Shown: positions 62,189 through 64,000 of the stretch, one piece after another
Numbering within the stretch: position 1 is the first letter of the stretch
Layout: the number at the start of each line of letters is the position of its first letter
From: a bacterium
GTDB lineage: Bacteria > SAR324 > NAC60-12
DNA length: 64,000 nt
Assembly (NCBI GenBank): GCA_965205865.1
Contig: CBDBHR010000028.1
Span: forward strand, 96,001 to 160,000
Direction of reading: 5' to 3'
The notes under the pieces: model-generated
The model's database searches: none
What the model saw: the letters and a program-made list of their open reading frames with translations, nothing else
Told to the model about the DNA's origin: nothing
Position numbers and translations under genes: made by a program

Positions 62189-63784
62189 ATGACGCAGGCA
62201 TTGATTCAAATAAAGGATTTGACGATTGCTTTCCAAAAAGGCGAGCAGATCGACCGGGTTGTGCAAGGCGCCTCCCTGGAAATCAATCCGGGAGAAATAC
62301 TGGCGCTCGTAGGAGAAAGCGGCTCCGGAAAAACCGTCACTGCCATGTCGATCCTCCGTCTCCTACCCATGCCCCCTGCCGTCTATCCCAACGGGCAAAT
62401 CTGGTACGACGGCAAAAATACGCTGCAACTCTCGGAGCAGGAACTGCAGCGTATCCGGGGAAATCGCATCGGCGTCATCTTTCAAGAACCCATGATGTCG
62501 TTGAATCCTTTGCATACCATTAAAAAACAATTGAATGAAACCCTTTCCCTGCACCAGGGACTGACGACTGCCCAGGCGACGCGACGCAGTTTGGAATGGT
62601 TGCGGCGCGTTGAGATCAATGATCCTGAAAAACGATTGACCGCCTATCCTCATCAATTGTCGGGTGGCGAGCAGCAACGGGTGATGATCGCTATGGCCCT
62701 GGCCAACAATCCCGATTTGCTGATCGCCGATGAGCCGACGACCGCCCTGGATGTCACCGTGCAGGCTCAAATTCTTGCCTTGATCAAGGAATTACAAAGT
62801 GAACTGGGCATGGCCATTCTCTTCATCACTCATGATTTGGGTATTGTCCACCGTATTTCCAACCGCGTGACCGTAATGCGGCACGGGGAAATTGTCGAAC
62901 AGGCGGCCACCAAAACTATCTTTCAAACCCCCAAGCACCCCTATACGCGCTTGCTGCTTGATTCAGAACCCAAAGGAGACGCGCAAGAATCAAAAGCAGA
63001 CGCAGCGCCCCTGATCCACGTTGAAAACCTCAAAGTCTGGTTTCCGATACAACGTGGTATCTTGCGTCGCACCCAGGATTATGTCAAAGCCGTCAACAAT
63101 ATTTCGTTTGACGTTAAAAAAGGACAGACATTGGGAATCGTAGGGGAAAGTGGTTCCGGTAAATCTACCACCGGACTGGCGCTCTTACGATTGGTGGAGA
63201 GTGAAGGGAGAATCCAATTCCAAGACCAGCAGTTGCAGGAATTTTCCAATAAGGAAATGCGTCCCTTCCGAAAACGCATGCAAATCATTTTTCAAGATCC
63301 CTTCGGCAGTTTGAGCCCCCGCCTTTCGGTGGCTCAGATTATCGGAGAAGGACTGCAAATTCATAGCGATGCGTCTCCTGAGGAAATCGACCGGAAAATC
63401 GTCCGGGTGATGGAAGAAGTGGAGTTGGACCCGCAAACCAGACACCGCTATCCCAACGAATTTTCCGGGGGTCAACGTCAACGCATCGCCATGGCGCGGG
63501 CCCTGGTGTTGAAGCCCGATTTCATTGTTCTGGATGAACCTACCTCTTCCTTGGACCGTTCCGTACAATTTCAGGTGATCCAGTTGCTCAAGGACTTGCA
63601 GGAACACTATGGATTGACCTATATCTTCATCAGCCATGACTTGAAAGTTATCAAATCCCTCTGTCATGAAATATTGGTGATGAAAAAAGGGGAAGTGATG
63701 GAATATGGTTTTGCCAATCAGATCTTTTCTCGACCTCGGCATGCTTACACCCAGGAGTTGATGGAAACGGCATTCGAACGGTAA
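62189..63784 (+). CDS. yejF: Fused double-domain ABC ATPase YejF
   Basis: Two VGESGSGK Walker A motifs, YPHQLSGG and YPNEFSGG. Confidence 0.93.
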   Translation: MTQALIQIKDLTIAFQKGEQIDRVVQGASLEINPGEILALVGESGSGKTVTAMSILRLLPMPPAVYPNGQIWYDGKNTLQLSEQELQRIRGNRIGVIFQEPMMSLNPLHTIKKQLNETLSLHQGLTTAQATRRSLEWLRRVEINDPEKRLTAYPHQLSGGEQQRVMIAMALANNPDLLIADEPTTALDVTVQAQILALIKELQSELGMAILFITHDLGIVHRISNRVTVMRHGEIVEQAATKTIFQTPKHPYTRLLLDSEPKGDAQESKADAAPLIHVENLKVWFPIQRGILRRTQDYVKAVNNISFDVKKGQTLGIVGESGSGKSTTGLALLRLVESEGRIQFQDQQLQEFSNKEMRPFRKRMQIIFQDPFGSLSPRLSVAQIIGEGLQIHSDASPEEIDRKIVRVMEEVELDPQTRHRYPNEFSGGQRQRIAMARALVLKPDFIVLDEPTSSLDRSVQFQVIQLLKDLQEHYGLTYIFISHDLKVIKSLCHEILVMKKGEVMEYGFANQIFSRPRHAYTQELMETAFER

Positions 63785-64000
63785 ACTCTTATGGGGTTTT
63801 CAAGGAGAACAAAAAAAATTGTCGCAAAAACAGTTTCCTGCGAGAGATGGTCCATGCTCTCTTTCGTATCAGGATTGCTTTTCTTCTTGTTCCTATTGAT
63901 CAATACCCTTGTTTGCTTCAGCATCATGGTGCCTGCCATGTGCTTGAAACCACTCGCTGACCGCACTTCTTTTTCCACACGATTCTCGGTATTTCTAATA

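Noticed and set aside
63745-64000. Minus-strand ORF at the window edge
   Set aside because: Partial, overlaps the yejF stop and has no recognisable motif

Overview
Bacterial chromosome segment in two parts. (1) Positions 1 to ~25,090 are a decaying mosaic island. It holds at least three Opp/Dpp-type (family 5) peptide/nickel ABC-transporter modules (solute-binding protein plus permeases, no ATPase). Each binding-protein gene is preceded by the same IS66-derived leader carrying a sigma70 promoter and a repeated structured motif. The island also has an integrase-less cluster of three attC sites with toxin-antitoxin cassettes, a group II intron remnant sitting exactly at a cassette core site, an Rpn nuclease, IS21/IS5/IS630/ISNCY remnants (one nested insertion with a 6-bp target duplication), a high-GC SDR and amidase, and an atypical aldo-keto reductase. 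(2) Positions ~25,120-64,000 are mostly housekeeping or metabolic backbone: miaA, ppx, ccmB, cysD-cysNC, a UxaA-like gene, gcdH, hflC, tlyA-rseP-dxr-cdsA-uppS, rsmD and yejABEF. This part also contains scattered pseudogenes, an aspartate-less polyprenyl synthase homolog and an in-frame ParB-KaiB chimera. No rRNA, tRNA or CRISPR array was recognised. Product calls come from motif recognition by eye, not database searches.
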